Shown here piece after piece: positions 49,089 through 49,186 of a stretch of DNA of 49,186 nucleotides. This DNA is from Neoconidiobolus thromboides FSU 785 (lineage: Eukaryota; Fungi; Entomophthoromycota), in assembly GCA_025603075.1 (NCBI GenBank), contig MU626405.1, positions 1 through 49,186 of the forward strand. The letters are read 5' to 3'. Position 1 is the stretch's first letter; each line of letters starts with the position of its first letter. The position numbers and the translations under genes are program-made. The notes beneath the pieces are model-generated. The model was not told the origin of the DNA. It made no database searches and worked only from the letters and a program-made list of their open reading frames with translations.

Positions 49089-49186
49089 ATGTGGGAGTGT
49101 TTTTTTGTGTTTAAGAATTTTACCAACAATCTTTTCACTCAAATAGCACTTAAAAATGGAAAAAATAATGAAGTCAAAAAAAACAC
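49089..49186 (-). mobile_element. MITE copy 19 (truncated by window end)
   Basis: ATGT-GGGAGTG...GAAGTCAAAAAAAACAC. Confidence 0.88.

Noticed and set aside
1-49186. MITE copies read as a CRISPR-like or regularly spaced array
   Set aside because: Copies are ~100 bp, in both orientations, irregularly spaced, with TIRs and TSDs; eukaryotic context and no cas genes.

Overview
Very AT-rich eukaryotic DNA with short GT-AG spliceosomal introns. Gene content and style suggest an early-diverging fungus, possibly a Conidiobolus/Neoconidiobolus-like zoopagomycete (inference, not verified). Recognisable genes: a TPR protein, DENND6-like, a divergent CDK, an intron-containing tRNA-Ile(UAU), AIP1/WDR1, a GGCT/GliK-like protein, an FLC/Pkd2-type TRP channel, TSPO, NDUFS2, cofactor-independent phosphoglycerate mutase, DGAT1 and a PMC1-type Ca2+ ATPase. 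Three features are largely hidden from the ORF track. (1) A ~100-bp MITE occurs 19 times, all outside coding exons, with GGG..CCC termini and 4-bp AWWT target-site duplications; one head-to-head pair has homogenised arms. (2) A decayed Dicer-like gene at ~8.1-10.6 kb has platform-like, RNase IIIa, RNase IIIb and dsRBD-like segments. (3) A tandem array of seven minus-strand paralogues of an unknown ~170-aa protein at 36.5-43.3 kb has a pattern suggestive of a PD-(D/E)xK nuclease fold; only the first copy keeps an uninterrupted ORF. All alignments were done by eye, and pseudogene boundaries are approximate.
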